Origin: Desulfatiglandales bacterium
GTDB lineage: Bacteria > Desulfobacterota > DSM-4660 > Desulfatiglandales > Desulfatiglandaceae
Reading direction: 5' to 3'
NCBI GenBank assembly: GCA_963662465.1
Contig: OY759599.1
Coordinates: 5,280,001 to 5,344,000, forward strand
Length of the DNA stretch: 64,000 nt
Below, in pieces: positions 49,385 through 60,852 of this stretch. Both the position numbers and the translations under genes were made by a program. A model generated the notes under the pieces. The model was not told the DNA's origin and searched no databases. It was given only the letters and a program-made list of their open reading frames with translations. Within the stretch, counting starts at the first letter, position 1, and the number at the start of each line of letters is the position of its first letter.

Positions 49385-49608
49385 TTCAGATTATCTTCCT
49401 CACGTTCTTTTAGAAGGACATTAATGAGATTTCCATTCCCTGAGTTTTTGAGTTTCCGCATAGCATCAAAAGCTTTTTTTCGTCTGAGAATTTCAATTCC
49501 TGAGTTTTCATCCTCAAAAGTTAATGTCAAACGTGTTTCCAAAGGTAATTTCATATGATTTATAAGTGTCTGTAACTCTGATAAAGTTACATTTATTGCT
49601 GCTGGCAT
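49381..49608 (-). CDS. Putative antitoxin for the PIN toxin
   Basis: 75 aa, ATGA overlap with the PIN gene, C-terminal LLKEREED. Confidence 0.7.
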   Translation of the reverse strand: MPAAINVTLSELQTLINHMKLPLETRLTLTFEDENSGIEILRRKKAFDAMRKLKNSGNGNLINVLLKEREEDNLK

Positions 49609-49642
49609 AATATTATCCTTTCTGTTTTTTTGAACTTATTAA

Positions 49643-49743
49643 CCAGCTTCGTACGCCGGTTACCCGGTTTGCACGTGGACTTTACGACCGAACTGGCAGT
49701 TAACCTTTGCTCGGGCGGGACTTTCGCACTTTGCAATCACCCA
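49643..49743 (-). ncRNA. Probable fragment of a group II intron 5' region (domain I); no reverse transcriptase
   Basis: GC-rich patch in an AT-rich islet; minus strand TGGGTG...AAAGTCCCGCCCGAGCAAAGGTTAAC...CCACGTGCAAACCGGGTAACCGGCGTACGAAGCTGG resembles, from recollection, bacterial group II intron domain I; not verified by a search. Confidence 0.45.
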
Positions 49744-49904
49744 ACAGAATATATCGGTTTTGAGGGATGAATCTGTTTAAAATTTAGAGCGCTGTCAAAA
49801 GGATTTTTCTGCCAGACTTTGTAGGCTTCCGTTGCCTGTCTCCGTATTTCTTTCGGAAGAGACCGGAAAGCCTTTCTGAAACTCGGAAGAATGCAGGAAA
49901 TCAT
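49737..49904 (-). pseudogene. Truncated RelE/ParE-like toxin (55 aa)
   Basis: MISCILPSFRKAFRSLPKEIRRQATEAYKVWQKNPFDSALNFKQIHPSKPIYSVG*; ATGA-coupled to the upstream gene; stops where the family continues. Confidence 0.75.
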
Positions 49905-50149
49905 ATTTCATCCCATCCGGTCTGTTCCGCTTTGCCTTCCCTGACTTCTTTGAGAGCCTTGTTTGCCATCATCTCAAGGACATCCTGAGACTCTGAAAAA
50001 GATTTATGCCACTTCATCTCATCTCTGACTATTTCAATAAAATCAGGCATTTTCATTTCCAGAATCCAGTGGCTTGCCAGCACTTCCTGGTCTTCTTCGG
50101 AAAATTCGGATACTGTTTTTAAAACTTCTTCCCAAATTTCTATCATCAT
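49901..50149 (-). CDS. Putative antitoxin of the RelE/ParE-like toxin
   Basis: Acidic 82 aa; W..SFSESQDVL..MA.KAL.E.REGK pattern. Confidence 0.7.
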   Translation of the reverse strand: MMIEIWEEVLKTVSEFSEEDQEVLASHWILEMKMPDFIEIVRDEMKWHKSFSESQDVLEMMANKALKEVREGKAEQTGWDEI

Positions 50150-50205
50150 TCTTTTCTTTCATTAGGCATGCTTTGCCGGGAAAAATATAACAGTGAACAG
50201 CTTAA

Positions 50206-51135
50206 CTACTCCTTCAGCCGAATAAACTGTTTCGCCTCAAAAGGCCCTCCACTGAGCGGTTCCGCCAGGGAATGCTTTTCCATGACCGATGTCGTTTTGA
50301 TTTCCCCAACCGTCTCCCCCAACAGATGGATGACCCTGCCGGTGCCGGAGGTCATGGATTCCCCCACGGAAAACACTTTGAAAACCGCCTCGTCTTTCAG
50401 CCCCACCTCCTTGCCCGCATTGATCATGATGGTATCCCCGTCCACCGCCAGGACCTTTCCGGTCCAGGGCTCGTCGCTGACTTTGAAATCCATGGTCGAT
50501 CCCAAGTCATTGATGAGGCCGGGCAGCGCCTCAAGGGTAATCTGTCGAATATAGGTTTCCTGATTCTGCTGCTCGCTTTCCTCCAGTGTCATGGCATATT
50601 CTTTCAGTGCAATGTCACTATAGATGAGGGTTTTACTGGCCGTATCAATAACATTGATCGCCGCGGAAACCGTGTAAAACCTTCGCCAACTGTCAAAGGG
50701 CCAGAAACCGGTTTTGTGAACAACCATTTCCACCGGGTCCAGGACCCCTATAATCAGCGCATTCATGCCCATGTCCGCGGCAATGTCAACGAGTTTCGAA
50801 CTAGTAACCACCCCGAATTGTGGGGATTCCATGGCCTGTGTAGAAAAAACGCCGTCGGGGGGATCATAGAGGAGAAGGTTGGGGGTTTCTTTCAGGTGTT
50901 GGTAGAATTCACTGCCCAGCTTCTTTGTCATTTCAGACCCGACACCGGCCTGGTCCACAAAAGGAAAAATCATGACACGCTTTTTGAGATCCGCCTCGTT
51001 GGTCATGATCCTCTTGGCTACCGAGGTGGGCAGAACTTTCTTGGTCAGATCCTTAGTGGTGCCGCACCCCGCTGCCCCAAACAGCAAGGAGAGCCATAAT
51101 ACGCATACGGTTCCGGTGAAACGCTTATTTAACAC
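50206..51135 (-). CDS. Lipoprotein (CsgG/FlgT-like architecture)
   Basis: Lipobox AAGC; C-terminal GKVLAVDGDTIMINAG..VGL beta domain. Confidence 0.7.
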   Translation of the reverse strand: MLNKRFTGTVCVLWLSLLFGAAGCGTTKDLTKKVLPTSVAKRIMTNEADLKKRVMIFPFVDQAGVGSEMTKKLGSEFYQHLKETPNLLLYDPPDGVFSTQAMESPQFGVVTSSKLVDIAADMGMNALIIGVLDPVEMVVHKTGFWPFDSWRRFYTVSAAINVIDTASKTLIYSDIALKEYAMTLEESEQQNQETYIRQITLEALPGLINDLGSTMDFKVSDEPWTGKVLAVDGDTIMINAGKEVGLKDEAVFKVFSVGESMTSGTGRVIHLLGETVGEIKTTSVMEKHSLAEPLSGGPFEAKQFIRLKE

Positions 51136-51152
51136 TGCTTTCCTCCTAATAT

Positions 51153-51228
51153 GTTTTAAGTTTTAAGCAACCTAAAACTTAAAATCGGGATTACTTAAAA
51201 CTTAAAACGTAAAACGTAAAACTTAAAA
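51153..51228. repeat. Heptamer array (CTTAAAA/CGTAAAA) with inverted GTTTTAA units
   Basis: GTTTTAA x2 (51153-51166) and 7 CNTAAAA units (51171-51228). Confidence 0.85.
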
Positions 51229-51233
51229 CTATC

Positions 51234-51509
51234 CTAAAGGATATCAAAGGAGCCAAACTCCCCCTGCCATGTTTCGTCTGTTTCATAGACGTTCAGGACA
51301 TGTGCGGCGGAAGGACCTTTTCGGCACCAAGCCACCAGCCTCGAAACCGCTTCATCAGTGCCTTCCAGCAAGGCTTCCACCGTTTTATCCGGACGATTTT
51401 TTACCCAGCCTGAAACCCCCATGGAAACCGCCTGGCGACGGGTGGATTCCCTGAACCACACGCCTTGAACCCGGCCTTCGATGATCAAATGCTTGCGTAT
51501 ATTCTCCAA
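51234..51509 (-). CDS. acyP: Acylphosphatase
   Basis: GRVQGVWFR, GWVKN; TTG start at 51509. Confidence 0.93.
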   Translation of the reverse strand: MENIRKHLIIEGRVQGVWFRESTRRQAVSMGVSGWVKNRPDKTVEALLEGTDEAVSRLVAWCRKGPSAAHVLNVYETDETWQGEFGSFDIL

Positions 51510-51513
51510 AATG

Positions 51514-53532
<2,019 letters not shown>

Positions 53533-54579
53533 TTAAAAATCCATCCTTGCCTTAACCGCCTTGACCAGACCGAAGCAGCCGGTGAGCATCATATCGCCGA
53601 AGGGCGCCGCCATGTGTCCGCCCAAAGATGCAAATTTTTCCCTGTTGGGACCCGTGATCCCCACATGACCGAAGGGACTCTCCTGTTTGGCGCCGGGCAT
53701 TACATGGCAGCCGTGGCCCATTTCATCCAGTATTTCCTGATTCGGCAAGTCCTCATGCCTGAACCGTTCCAAATGCACCGCCAGTTTATCGGGCGTCATC
53801 AGGGACGTATGATGTTCATAGACGCCCCATACCGTTTCGTTTTTCACCAGGGCCGCCAGGATATGTTCATTTCCGATATTCAGGATAGTGACCCCTTCCC
53901 GACTTTTTTCCGCCACAAAGGGGTCTTCAAGAGCGCCCAGAATGGCGGAAGCGCCGGTATCCATCAGCAGGGTTCCGGGGGCGATGTCGCTTACGGCTTT
54001 CATTCGCGTCAAGTGATCGGGCGGCGTTTCGTATAAAAGCGATGTCAAATTTTTTCCCGATGCCAGAAGCTTTTTCCATTGTTCGAACCTGAACACCCGA
54101 TTGCTCATGTTCGGCGAAAAACCGTGGTCCTGAACGGCTACGGCAACGGTATCGGGCATGGGCTCATGAAACAGCGCCAATGCCCCGGCAATAGCGGACA
54201 AGTTAAGATCTCCCATTTCCAGCTGGGTCAACGGCGCCGCAGACGGTTTTCGGTCCACGATTTCAATGCCCATGGCCCCCACTTTTTCAATTTTATCGTG
54301 GAAGGTCAGCGCGGGTTGTGCCAGGGCAAAAACCCTGAAACCAGCCGAAATATGTTTCCGAACGGCTTTTGAAGAGGCGCCTCCGCCCATGGTATGGCCG
54401 GTCAAAAAAAGGTGACGCCCCCTTTGCGTGGCCTCTGCTATTCGTCGTCCGATGATGGTAGTGGCCGAGGGAAGGATCAGTTTGGGACAATTTTCTATTC
54501 GCTGTTCCGGACGCCATACCAGGATGTCCTGGGTGCCGCTGCCCACATCTATGGCAAGAATTCCATTTTTGAGGTTCAT
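53533..54579 (-). CDS. DUF1786 family protein (actin-like fold)
   Basis: AIDVGSGTQD, AVQDHG, SNRVFRF, NIGNEH, YEHHT, PFGDMMLTGCFGL. Confidence 0.8.
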   Translation of the reverse strand: MNLKNGILAIDVGSGTQDILVWRPEQRIENCPKLILPSATTIIGRRIAEATQRGRHLFLTGHTMGGGASSKAVRKHISAGFRVFALAQPALTFHDKIEKVGAMGIEIVDRKPSAAPLTQLEMGDLNLSAIAGALALFHEPMPDTVAVAVQDHGFSPNMSNRVFRFEQWKKLLASGKNLTSLLYETPPDHLTRMKAVSDIAPGTLLMDTGASAILGALEDPFVAEKSREGVTILNIGNEHILAALVKNETVWGVYEHHTSLMTPDKLAVHLERFRHEDLPNQEILDEMGHGCHVMPGAKQESPFGHVGITGPNREKFASLGGHMAAPFGDMMLTGCFGLVKAVKARMDF

Positions 54580-55352
54580 TTCATTTCTCCATGCAATGTT
54601 TCAGTATCCGCCAGACTTTTGTGGACTCCCAGCAAAAGCTCGGCCGCCCACCGGCTTCTCTTTTTTAACCGCTGATTGGAAAACCCGGGCCGCCATTTCA
54701 ACTCAAAAAGCTCGTCCGAAACCACCAGGAGGGCTGCCAGTTGGACCGAACGATATGAAGACACGGTCATAAGGGCTGACATTTCCATCTCCACGGCCAG
54801 GATGTCCTGTTGTTGATAGGCCCTCACTTTTTCCGGCGTTTCTCGATATACGGCATCCGTAGTCCAAATGGCCCCTTTTGTAAAGGGGGCCTCTTTTTCT
54901 TTAAGGGCGCTTTCCAGAATTTGATTAAGCCATGGATCGGATGAGGGTTTTTGTGAAGGCAAAGGATAATGTTGGGATGTGCCCTCCTCCGAAACGGCAT
55001 GGGTTGGGATCACCAGGTCGCCGATTTTAAGTGAGGGCGCAAGAGAACCGCACCAGCCCAGCACCAGTACCCTTTCAGCGCCCAGGGCAATCAGTTTCTC
55101 CAACCCCATCACCGCATGGGGCGCGCCGAGAAAAGGCCCTGCCAGGGCAACGGGGGTTTTGCGCACTCCCGGTTCACGGTACAAATCATAAAGGCGCATA
55201 TCGCTGAAAACCGTTTTTTCGGCGCCCGCCAGTCGGGCCAGGCATTTCAACTCAGAAGGCATCATCACCATGAGGACATCCGGCGCCAACTGCGGATCAC
55301 GTTTCCCCTTCACCGGACGGATAATTCCCTCATTGTGCATCTTCTCACCCAT
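54576..55352 (-). CDS. Nucleoside phosphorylase (PNP/UDP family)
   Basis: GWCGSL, EEGTS.HY, WTTDAVYRET, AVEMEMSA, VSD. Confidence 0.88.
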   Translation of the reverse strand: MGEKMHNEGIIRPVKGKRDPQLAPDVLMVMMPSELKCLARLAGAEKTVFSDMRLYDLYREPGVRKTPVALAGPFLGAPHAVMGLEKLIALGAERVLVLGWCGSLAPSLKIGDLVIPTHAVSEEGTSQHYPLPSQKPSSDPWLNQILESALKEKEAPFTKGAIWTTDAVYRETPEKVRAYQQQDILAVEMEMSALMTVSSYRSVQLAALLVVSDELFELKWRPGFSNQRLKKRSRWAAELLLGVHKSLADTETLHGEMK

Positions 55353-55572
55353 ATCATTTTCTCACTTAAAAAAAACCCGGATCGAAATAATATGACATTT
55401 CCGCCGGATCCGTGTATGGTGTTCATTCGTGCGCCATATTAAAGGGTATGGATTTCATTGGCAACCTCAAAATGGTTCGTTTTTCTTTTCAAGTCCGTTT
55501 CGTTTCTTGTTGACATTTGCACCATCATAAAGTAATCCTGAGTGTTTACAAAATCCGAGGGTTATTAACGAC

Positions 55573-56898
55573 ATGTTTGACAGCTTATCTGAAAAATTAA
55601 ACCGCGTTTTCAAAAAACTGAAAGGGCGGGGAAGGCTCACTGAAGCCAATATTCAGGAAGCCTTGAAGGAAGTACGGCTGGCGCTCCTGGAGGCGGATGT
55701 CAACTACAAAGTCGTTAAAAAATTGATTGAAGATATTCGGGAACGCGCCGTCGGGCAGGATGTTCTTGAAAGCCTGACGCCCGGTCAGCAGATTATCAAA
55801 ATCGTCAACCAGGAACTGTCCCGGCTTATGGGTGAATCCCATAAAGGGCTTGAACTCATAGGAGAAAGTCCGTATTCGTTGATGCTGGTGGGCCTGCAGG
55901 GCTCCGGTAAAACCACCACCGCCGCAAAACTGGCAAGGCACTTGCGAAAACAGGGAAGACATCCTCTCCTGGTGCCGGCGGATATCTATAGACCGGCCGC
56001 CGTAGACCAGCTCAAAAAGCTGGGGTTGCAGATCGATGTTCCGGTTTATCCGACGGAAGAAGGACAAACACCCGAACAGATATGCCTGGATGCAATGGCT
56101 AAGGCCAGGGCGCAAGAGGCGGACGTTTTGATTCTCGATACGGCGGGACGTCTTCATGTAGATGAAGCCTTGATGGGTGAACTGGTCGCCATCAAAGAAC
56201 AGATTAATCCCACTGAAATCCTTTTGGTAGCGGACGCCATGACCGGTCAAGATGCGGTCAATGTAGCCAAACATTTCAACGAAGCGCTGAATATCAGCGG
56301 TGTCATATTATCCAAAATGGAGGGTGACGCCAGGGGTGGAGCGGCGTTATCCATCAAGGCGGTGACCGGGAAACCGATCAAATTTGTAGGAGTTGGGGAA
56401 AAAATAAGCGCCTTGGAGCCCTTTCATCCCGACAGGATGGCCTCCCAGATTCTGGGGATGGGCGACGTCCTTTCCCTCATCGAAAGAGCGGAAGCCCAAT
56501 TCGATGAAAAAGAAGCGAAAAAGCTGGAGAAAAAGCTCAAAAAAAACGAATTTGATCTAGAAGACTTTCGATCTCAATTGAAACAAATGAAAAAACTGGG
56601 ATCCCTTGAAGATATCTTAGGGATGCTTCCCGGCATGGGCAAACTGAAAAAACTGAAAAACCTCAAACCCGATGAAAAGGAACTGGTCAAAGTCGAGGCG
56701 ATGATTAATTCCATGACCCGCGAAGAACGCCGTCGCTTTAAGATCATCAACGGCAGCAGAAAACGCCGCATTGCAATGGGCAGCGGCACCAAAGTTCAGG
56801 ACGTCAACCGTTTGCTGAAAAATTTTGCGCAAACCAAAAAAATGATGGAACAATTTACCAAAAAAGGTGGGCTGAACATGCCGTCCCTCTTTGGATAA
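55573..56898 (+). CDS. ffh: Signal recognition particle protein
   Basis: GLQGSGKTT, DTAGR, FHPDRMA, M domain. Confidence 0.98.
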   Translation: MFDSLSEKLNRVFKKLKGRGRLTEANIQEALKEVRLALLEADVNYKVVKKLIEDIRERAVGQDVLESLTPGQQIIKIVNQELSRLMGESHKGLELIGESPYSLMLVGLQGSGKTTTAAKLARHLRKQGRHPLLVPADIYRPAAVDQLKKLGLQIDVPVYPTEEGQTPEQICLDAMAKARAQEADVLILDTAGRLHVDEALMGELVAIKEQINPTEILLVADAMTGQDAVNVAKHFNEALNISGVILSKMEGDARGGAALSIKAVTGKPIKFVGVGEKISALEPFHPDRMASQILGMGDVLSLIERAEAQFDEKEAKKLEKKLKKNEFDLEDFRSQLKQMKKLGSLEDILGMLPGMGKLKKLKNLKPDEKELVKVEAMINSMTREERRRFKIINGSRKRRIAMGSGTKVQDVNRLLKNFAQTKKMMEQFTKKGGLNMPSLFG

Positions 56899-56976
56899 GA
56901 GATACGTTAATGTTGTCCGCAAACAAATCCCGCCATGGCGGGATAACCATTACACTTGAGGGGGTGGTAAAGGAAA

Positions 56977-57240
56977 ATGGCCGTTAGAATTCGATTGGCA
57001 AGGATGGGAGCAAAGAAAAAACCGTTTTATCGGTTGGTGGCAGCTGATTCACAGTCACCGCGAGATGGCAGGTTTCTCGAAATCCTGGGGTATTATGATC
57101 CCATGAAAGAACCCGCGGTAGTAAAAATCCATGAAAACAAAGTTCAGTACTGGCTTGAAAAAGGAGCGAAGCTTTCAGAGGCCGCCAGGGCCCTGATAAA
57201 ACGGGAAGAAACGATTAAACCTTCTTCCGTAGCAGCCTAA
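56977..57240 (+). CDS. rpsP: 30S ribosomal protein S16
   Basis: [25 protein letters not shown]. Confidence 0.98.
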   Translation: MAVRIRLARMGAKKKPFYRLVAADSQSPRDGRFLEILGYYDPMKEPAVVKIHENKVQYWLEKGAKLSEAARALIKREETIKPSSVAA

Positions 57241-57286
57241 AATTAAATATCGCATTTCTGTGTATTCCAATGGGAGGTGAATCGAG

Positions 57287-57517
57287 ATGAAGGAGCTAGT
57301 TTCATACATTGCGAAAGCGCTGGTTGATAAGCCGGAAGATGTGGTCGTCACAGAAATCGAAGGGGAACAGACATCGGTTCTTGAACTGAAGGTCGCCAAA
57401 GAAGATTTAGGCAAAGTCATTGGAAAGCAGGGGCGCACGGCACGGGCCATGAGAACAATTCTCAGTGCCGCCTCCACAAAAATTAATAAACGATCCGTAT
57501 TGGAGATTATTGAATAG
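57287..57517 (+). CDS. khpA: KH-domain RNA-binding protein
   Basis: [13 protein letters not shown]; conserved position after rpsP. Confidence 0.93.
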   Translation: MKELVSYIAKALVDKPEDVVVTEIEGEQTSVLELKVAKEDLGKVIGKQGRTARAMRTILSAASTKINKRSVLEIIE

Positions 57518-57519
57518 TT

Positions 57520-58053
57520 TTGGGCTCAGGCTTGCCTGATAATTGGATCTTCTTTGGGAAGGTCCTTCGGCCTCATGGCTTGGAGGGTCTTCTCAGGGTA
57601 CGGTCTTTTTCGCAATCGGAAGTCGCCCTATTAAACGCCGAGACGGTTTGTTTCAAACTCGGAACAGGAGAAATCCGGCATTGCGGCGTCCTTTCCGCAA
57701 AACCCCACAAAAATTTTTTCCTGGTAAAGTTGGCGGGATTAACCAGCATAAACCAGGCGGAAACTTTTAGGGGAGCGGATGTTTATGTCCCCAAGGACGC
57801 CTTGGTTCGAGAAGAGGGGGAATATTTCTGGTTTGAACTTGTGGGGATCGAGGTTTTTTCCGATGCCCATGGATTCCTGGGTATCATCTCGCAAATTATC
57901 CCTGGGGGAAATACCGACATCTACGTGGTTAAACATGGGGCACGGGAGATTTTGATACCGGCTGTTCGCGAGGTGGTCAAAGAGATTAATTTGAAAACCG
58001 GGAAAATGATTATCTCGGCCATGGAAGGGTTGTTGAATTTAAATGAAGTTTGA
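57520..58053 (+). CDS. rimM: Ribosome maturation factor
   Basis: GKVLRPHGLEG, EYFWFELVG, LIPAV. Confidence 0.93.
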   Translation: MGSGLPDNWIFFGKVLRPHGLEGLLRVRSFSQSEVALLNAETVCFKLGTGEIRHCGVLSAKPHKNFFLVKLAGLTSINQAETFRGADVYVPKDALVREEGEYFWFELVGIEVFSDAHGFLGIISQIIPGGNTDIYVVKHGAREILIPAVREVVKEINLKTGKMIISAMEGLLNLNEV

Positions 58054-58765
58054 TGTTCTCACCTTGTTCCCGGACATGTTTACCTCCTATTTACGGGAAG
58101 GTATTCTAGGGCGCGCCATTCAAAGGGGCCTCGTGGAAGTAGGGTTGCGGAACATCCGTGATTTTGCCATGGGGCCTCACCGAATCGTTGACGACCGCCC
58201 ATACGGTGGGGGTGAGGGGATGGTTATGAAAGCGGGACCGATTTCTCGCGCTCTGAAATCCGTCCCACGTTTGGAAAAGCAAGGTCCGGTGGTGCTTTTT
58301 TCGCCTCAAGGCGAAACCTTCACCCAGAACATGGCCTGGGAGATGTCTGAGTGGGAACAATTGATTTTTGTCTGCGGTCGATACGAAGGTGTGGATGAAC
58401 GGATACGGTTAACCTGCGTCGACATGGAATTATCCATCGGAGATTATGTCTTGAATGGCGGCGAACTGGCTGCCATGGTAGTTATTGAGGCTGTAAGCCG
58501 CTTGATTCCGGACGTCTTGGGAGGAGAACGATCAAATCAGGAAGACTCTTTTGAAAACGGTCTTCTGGAATATCCCCATTATACCAGGCCGAGAGTATTT
58601 CAGGACCTTGAGGTTCCACCGGTGCTTTTATCCGGCGACCATGAGAAGATTAGATTGTGGCGAAAAAAGCAATCGCTTAAAAGGACACTGGCACGAAGGC
58701 CGGACCTGCTTCAGAAGGCTGAATTATCTCCTGAAGATAAAGCGATCCTGGAAGAATTGTCGTAA
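58043..58765 (+). CDS. trmD: tRNA (guanine-N1)-methyltransferase
   Basis: DDRPYGGG, CGRYEGVDER, SIGDYVL.GGE. Confidence 0.97.
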   Translation: MKFDVLTLFPDMFTSYLREGILGRAIQRGLVEVGLRNIRDFAMGPHRIVDDRPYGGGEGMVMKAGPISRALKSVPRLEKQGPVVLFSPQGETFTQNMAWEMSEWEQLIFVCGRYEGVDERIRLTCVDMELSIGDYVLNGGELAAMVVIEAVSRLIPDVLGGERSNQEDSFENGLLEYPHYTRPRVFQDLEVPPVLLSGDHEKIRLWRKKQSLKRTLARRPDLLQKAELSPEDKAILEELS

Positions 58766-58771
58766 AGGGGT

Positions 58772-59332
58772 GTGATGCGTCTCTATGTTGGGCTTGTCCA
58801 CTTTCCCGTTTACAACAAGCATGAGGAGACCATTTGCTCGGCCATAACGCCCATGGATATCCACGATTTTGCCCGACTGGGAAAGACCTACGGGGTCAAG
58901 GGTTTTTTCGTCATTACACCCCTTGAAGACCAGCAAGCCCTGACAAATCGGATTATGCGGCACTGGATTTCCGGGTATGGCGCTCAATATAACTACCACA
59001 GGAAACAAGCCATTAGCCTGGTTAGCGTAACGCCATCATTGGACATGGCCGTTATTAAAGTGAAGGAACAAGAAGGGGAAACGCCCACGCTCATTGCAAC
59101 GGATGCGGTGAAACACTATCGCGGCATTTCTTATCAATCGGCGCGGGCTTTTATTGCATCGGATGAAGTCGTTTTCTTGTTGTTTGGAACGGCATGGGGA
59201 CTTCATAAAGACGTTTTGCATAAAGCCGACCACGTGCTGGAACCTGTTTTGGGAAAAGCGGAATATAATCATCTTTCCGTGAGGACGGCCGCGGCCATTA
59301 TCCTGGACCGGCTGGTGGGTGATCCAGCCTGA
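58772..59332 (+). CDS. SPOUT-class RNA methyltransferase (TrmD-associated)
   Basis: LVHFPVYNK, DIHD, FGTAWGL, YNHLSVR. Confidence 0.88.
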   Translation: MMRLYVGLVHFPVYNKHEETICSAITPMDIHDFARLGKTYGVKGFFVITPLEDQQALTNRIMRHWISGYGAQYNYHRKQAISLVSVTPSLDMAVIKVKEQEGETPTLIATDAVKHYRGISYQSARAFIASDEVVFLLFGTAWGLHKDVLHKADHVLEPVLGKAEYNHLSVRTAAAIILDRLVGDPA

Positions 59333-59423
59333 TAGAGAATCTTCAACTGCGATATTTTGGAAATCGCAGGTTACACAAAGAACGCGGAACCCTATATAAG
59401 GTCCCGTTACAGAGGAGAAAGAG

Positions 59424-59768
59424 ATGAACATTGTAGAAATGCTCGAGATGGAGCAGATGCGCGGCGACATCCCCGGTTTCAAGCCCGGAGATACGGTCAA
59501 AGTGCATGCCAGAATCAAAGAGGGCGAAAAAGAGAGGATACAGGTATTCCAAGGCGTTGTCATTCGGAAACGGAAAGGAACCACCGGCGCCACATTTACC
59601 GTCAGGAAAGTCTCTTACGGCATCGGCGTGGAGCGTATCTTTCCCCTTCACTCCCCCAATATTGACAAGGTTGAGGTGGTCACGAGAGGGAGAGTCAGAA
59701 GATCCAGACTTTATTATCTCAGGAATCTTCGCGGCAAGGCGGCAAGAATCAAGGAAAAGCGATTTTAA
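59424..59768 (+). CDS. rplS: 50S ribosomal protein L19
   Basis: [27 protein letters not shown]. Confidence 0.98.
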   Translation: MNIVEMLEMEQMRGDIPGFKPGDTVKVHARIKEGEKERIQVFQGVVIRKRKGTTGATFTVRKVSYGIGVERIFPLHSPNIDKVEVVTRGRVRRSRLYYLRNLRGKAARIKEKRF

Positions 59769-59828
59769 AGCCCTTTTGATGGCGCGGGGAATCAGAAAAA
59801 CCATAGTGTTCTCAAGAGACACCGGAAA

Positions 59829-60482
59829 ATGCGTCGGTCTGAAAATCTGAAACTGTTTCCAAACGATGCATGCCAATCCCCCGTGGATCCCTTTTACCAC
59901 GAAACGCGGGCACGAGGTTCCGGTTACAAGCTGATTGCCGGGGTTGATGAAGCGGGGCGGGGCCCTTTGGCCGGCCCCGTGGTGGCAGCTGCGGTTATTC
60001 TTCCCGAAGGTGTTCGGCTTTCGGGGGTTAAGGATTCAAAAAAAATGACGGCTCGCGCGAGATCCGAAGCGTTTGATGTAATCAAACGTGCGGCTCTCAC
60101 CTTCGCTATCGGCGTGGCATCGGTCTCGTATATTGAAAAGTTTAATATTTTACAGGCGTCGCTGGAAGCGATGGCGCGCGCTATCAAGGCACTTGACCCA
60201 CAGCCGGAAATTATTCTTGTTGACGGCATTCACGCTGTTCCCATCCCCATTACGCAGGAATGTTTAAAAAAAGGCGATCAAATCAGCCGAAGCATCTCGG
60301 CAGCGTCCGTACTCGCCAAAGTGTATCGGGACAGGATCATGGTTTGCAGCCATGGCATTTATCCTGACTACGGTTTTGACAAACATAAGGGGTATGGAAC
60401 CCGTCAACATCTGGAGGCACTAAGACAATATGGCCCATGTCCAATTCACCGGTTGACGTTTAGAGGAGTACGAAAGATTTGA
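59829..60482 (+). CDS. rnhB: Ribonuclease HII
   Basis: GVDEAGRGPLAGPV, DSKK, KGD, HKGYGT. Confidence 0.96.
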   Translation: MRRSENLKLFPNDACQSPVDPFYHETRARGSGYKLIAGVDEAGRGPLAGPVVAAAVILPEGVRLSGVKDSKKMTARARSEAFDVIKRAALTFAIGVASVSYIEKFNILQASLEAMARAIKALDPQPEIILVDGIHAVPIPITQECLKKGDQISRSISAASVLAKVYRDRIMVCSHGIYPDYGFDKHKGYGTRQHLEALRQYGPCPIHRLTFRGVRKI

Positions 60483-60850
60483 CCAGAGAGAGACTTGAAC
60501 TGGGAGAACGGGGAGAGGCGCTGGCCTTTAACAAAATCAAGCGCCTGGGGTACAAAAAAATTGTCAAGAATTACCGATGTCCGCTTGGCGAGGTCGATCT
60601 GGTGGCAAAGGATGGGGATACCCTGGTATTCATTGAGATCAAAACCAGAAGAGGACGTCCGTTGGGTTATGCAAAGGAAGCCGTAAACGCCAGAAAACAA
60701 AAACAGATCTCCAAGGTGGCCCTGGCCTACATGAAGGCCAACAATTGCTGCGACGTCAGCGCCCGGTTTGACGTGGTAGCGGTTTCCCTGGGCAGCGGAC
60801 CCCCTCAAATTGAGGTGATCCAAAACGCTTTTGACCTGGCCTATGGATAA
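60479..60850 (+). CDS. yraN: YraN/UPF0102 family nuclease-like protein
   Basis: GERGE, GEVDLV, FIEIKTR, RFDVV. Confidence 0.92.
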   Translation: MTRERLELGERGEALAFNKIKRLGYKKIVKNYRCPLGEVDLVAKDGDTLVFIEIKTRRGRPLGYAKEAVNARKQKQISKVALAYMKANNCCDVSARFDVVAVSLGSGPPQIEVIQNAFDLAYG

Positions 60851-60852
60851 AA

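Noticed and set aside
49643..49743. Retron or active group II intron
   Set aside because: No reverse transcriptase ORF in the window; at most an RNA fragment.
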